Source: Chloroflexota bacterium (GTDB lineage Bacteria; Chloroflexota; UBA11872; VXOZ01). Taken from it: a stretch of 64,000 nucleotides of DNA. The stretch lies in contig OZ244922.1 in assembly GCA_965221905.1 (NCBI GenBank), positions 1,376,001-1,440,000 on the forward strand, given 5' to 3'. The position numbers and the translations under genes are program-made. Positions 62,220 to 64,000 of this stretch are shown piece after piece; within the stretch, counting starts at the first letter, position 1, and each line of letters starts with the position of its first letter. Below the pieces are notes generated by a model, which saw nothing but the letters and a program-made list of their open reading frames with translations, did no database searches and was not told the DNA's origin.

Positions 62220-63221
62220 ATGGAGTTCTACAAGGCAGAGTATCTCTGGATAGATGGCGTGGAGCCAACTGCAAAACTTCGCTGCAAGGGCAAGGTCGTT
62301 CCCAAAGGGGAAGAGCCGCCCATTTGGGGTTTTGACGGATCAAGCACAAATCAGGCGGCGGGTTTCAATTCGGACTGTGTATTGCAGCCGGTATACACCT
62401 GTCCGGACCCCATACGAGGGGGCGACAACGTGCTGGTAATGTGCGAGGTCTTGTTGCCGGACATGAGCCCGCATTCGACAAATACGCGGGCTGCCTGCGC
62501 GGCCGCAGCGGAAAAGTACGCAGACTTTGACACGTGGTTTGGCATTGAGCAAGAGTACACGTTCTTTTCCGGCGTCACGCCTTTGGGTTGGCCGAGGAAT
62601 GGTTTCCCGGCTCCGCAGGGCGGATACTATTGCGGCGTAGGGTCGGATGAAGTCTTCGGACGTCCTATCGTTGAAGAACACATGGATGCTTGCTTGGAGG
62701 CCGGCCTGATGTTTGCCGGCATCAATGCCGAGGTCATGCCGGCTCAATGGGAGTTTCAGATTGGGCCAATCGCCGCACCCGAGGTGGCCGACCAGCTCTG
62801 GGTCGCGCGGTGGCTGCTGTATCGCATAGGCGAGAAGTACAACACAAGCGCACGACTCGATCCTAAGCCGGTGCTTGGTGATTGGAACGGCGCTGGCGCA
62901 CACACGAATGTCTCGACTTGGCAGATGCGAGAAAGCATCGATGCGTGTGTGGCGGCAGCCGAGGCTCTGGGCAGGAACCATGATGAGCACATTGCCAATT
63001 ACGGCGACCGCATTGAGTATCGCCTAACCGGCCTGCATGAAACCTGCTCCTACAAAGAATTCAGATACGGCGTTTCTGACAGAGGCGCCTCCGTGCGCAT
63101 TCCTTGGCAGGTCGATAGAGACCAAAAGGGATACATTGAGGACAGACGGCCTAACGCCAACTGCGATCCTTACATCGTCACGGGTTTGATATTGAACACC
63201 GTCTGCGGCGCTGCGTCATAG
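62220..63221 (+). CDS. glnII: glutamine synthetase type II
   Basis: AEYLWIDG, WGFDGSST, PQGGYYCG, NAEVMPAQWEFQ, DWNGAGAH, RLTGLHET, IEDRRP; 333 aa. Confidence 0.93.
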   Translation: MEFYKAEYLWIDGVEPTAKLRCKGKVVPKGEEPPIWGFDGSSTNQAAGFNSDCVLQPVYTCPDPIRGGDNVLVMCEVLLPDMSPHSTNTRAACAAAAEKYADFDTWFGIEQEYTFFSGVTPLGWPRNGFPAPQGGYYCGVGSDEVFGRPIVEEHMDACLEAGLMFAGINAEVMPAQWEFQIGPIAAPEVADQLWVARWLLYRIGEKYNTSARLDPKPVLGDWNGAGAHTNVSTWQMRESIDACVAAAEALGRNHDEHIANYGDRIEYRLTGLHETCSYKEFRYGVSDRGASVRIPWQVDRDQKGYIEDRRPNANCDPYIVTGLILNTVCGAAS

Positions 63222-63247
63222 TGTCGGATTGACGCGATCTGCTTCTT

Positions 63248-63401
63248 GCCAGGCTGTGTTGACTTATCGGTCTATTGGCGGTTTTTGAGGCGCACTTCCT
63301 TCGGCGGCAATGTCTAGAGTGCGGAGGGGAGAGGTGCTAGTGTATCTGCACTTCGGTACAGGGATAGAATCGATTTTCGATTGAGGTCAACACAGCCTGG
63401 C
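63248..63401. mobile_element. 154-bp MITE-like element with perfect 16-bp inverted ends
   Basis: GCCAGGCTGTGTTGAC at 63248-63263 and GTCAACACAGCCTGGC at 63386-63401. Confidence 0.6.
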
Positions 63402-63673
63402 GTTTTATCCGACTTGAGTTGGTGCGCGCGAATCTTGGCAGCATTCAGTTGGCATGCCGACCTTGCAACTAATGCGTGGCGTGAAGTGGGCCACGTGTCT
63501 CTGCGTTCACCTACATCCGACGACCTCAATGAGACTCCTTTAGCGATTGCAAGTGCGTTTGTGGCTTGTTTCCGCGCATAGCGGGCGTGTCGCAAGATGT
63601 GTCGTGGATAATGCTATTTTAGGCTTGGTTGGGACCTTGGCGTTCTTGAGTCCACGCTGCGCAGGAAGATCGT

Positions 63674-64000
63674 ATGCCAACGTATGAATACCAATGTGGC
63701 GACTGCAAGAAGGCGTCGACGCACTTCTTTCGTAGTTTCTCTCAAGTGCAGGGCACTGTCTGTCCGCACTGTTCCTCCACTAACCTGGAACGTTTGATCT
63801 CTCGGGTCGCCGTCCACCGAGCCGGCGTATCTTTCGAAGATCCTTCAAGTATGGATGAAATCGACGAAAGCGATCCGCGCGCACTTGGACGACTGGCGCG
63901 CACTATGGGAGAGGAGTCCGGTGAAGAGCTGCCCGGTGAGTATGAAGACATGGTGCGCGAACTTGAGTCGGGCAAGATACCCGACGATGACAGTCTCGCC
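63674..64000 (+). CDS. FmdB-family zinc-ribbon protein, truncated by the window
   Basis: Manual translation MPTYEYQCGDC...CPHCSS.NL.RLIS...DESDPR. Confidence 0.88.
   Translation, partial: MPTYEYQCGDCKKASTHFFRSFSQVQGTVCPHCSSTNLERLISRVAVHRAGVSFEDPSSMDEIDESDPRALGRLARTMGEESGEELPGEYEDMVRELESGKIPDDDSLA

Overview
GC-rich bacterial chromosomal window. The organism is most likely Chloroflexota (inferred from the SWIM-finger protein, Tat-lipoprotein binding proteins, a T-box-controlled trp operon, GSII and the REP families). It contains: an M48 peptidase, SWIM and HNH genes; a flippase; a rhodanese gene divergent from an asfABC-like organosulfur cluster (ABC transporter, AprA/SdhA-like flavoprotein, ferredoxin); a 12-kb tandem array of five paralogous polytopic membrane proteins (putative GT-C glycosyltransferases with a repeated Cys-pair C-terminal domain, showing mosaic recombination); a Trp T-box operon trpEGDCF-(DUF2281)-trpS-trpBA; sugar-acid, sulfatase and hydrolase catabolic genes (one sulfatase has an in-frame amber codon); a coxMSL-like molybdoenzyme; glnII; and several REP/MITE-like elements. 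No rRNA, tRNA, CRISPR array or intact transposase was seen. The five-gene membrane-protein array is the best candidate for an undescribed system. All calls come from reading the sequence; no database searches were run.
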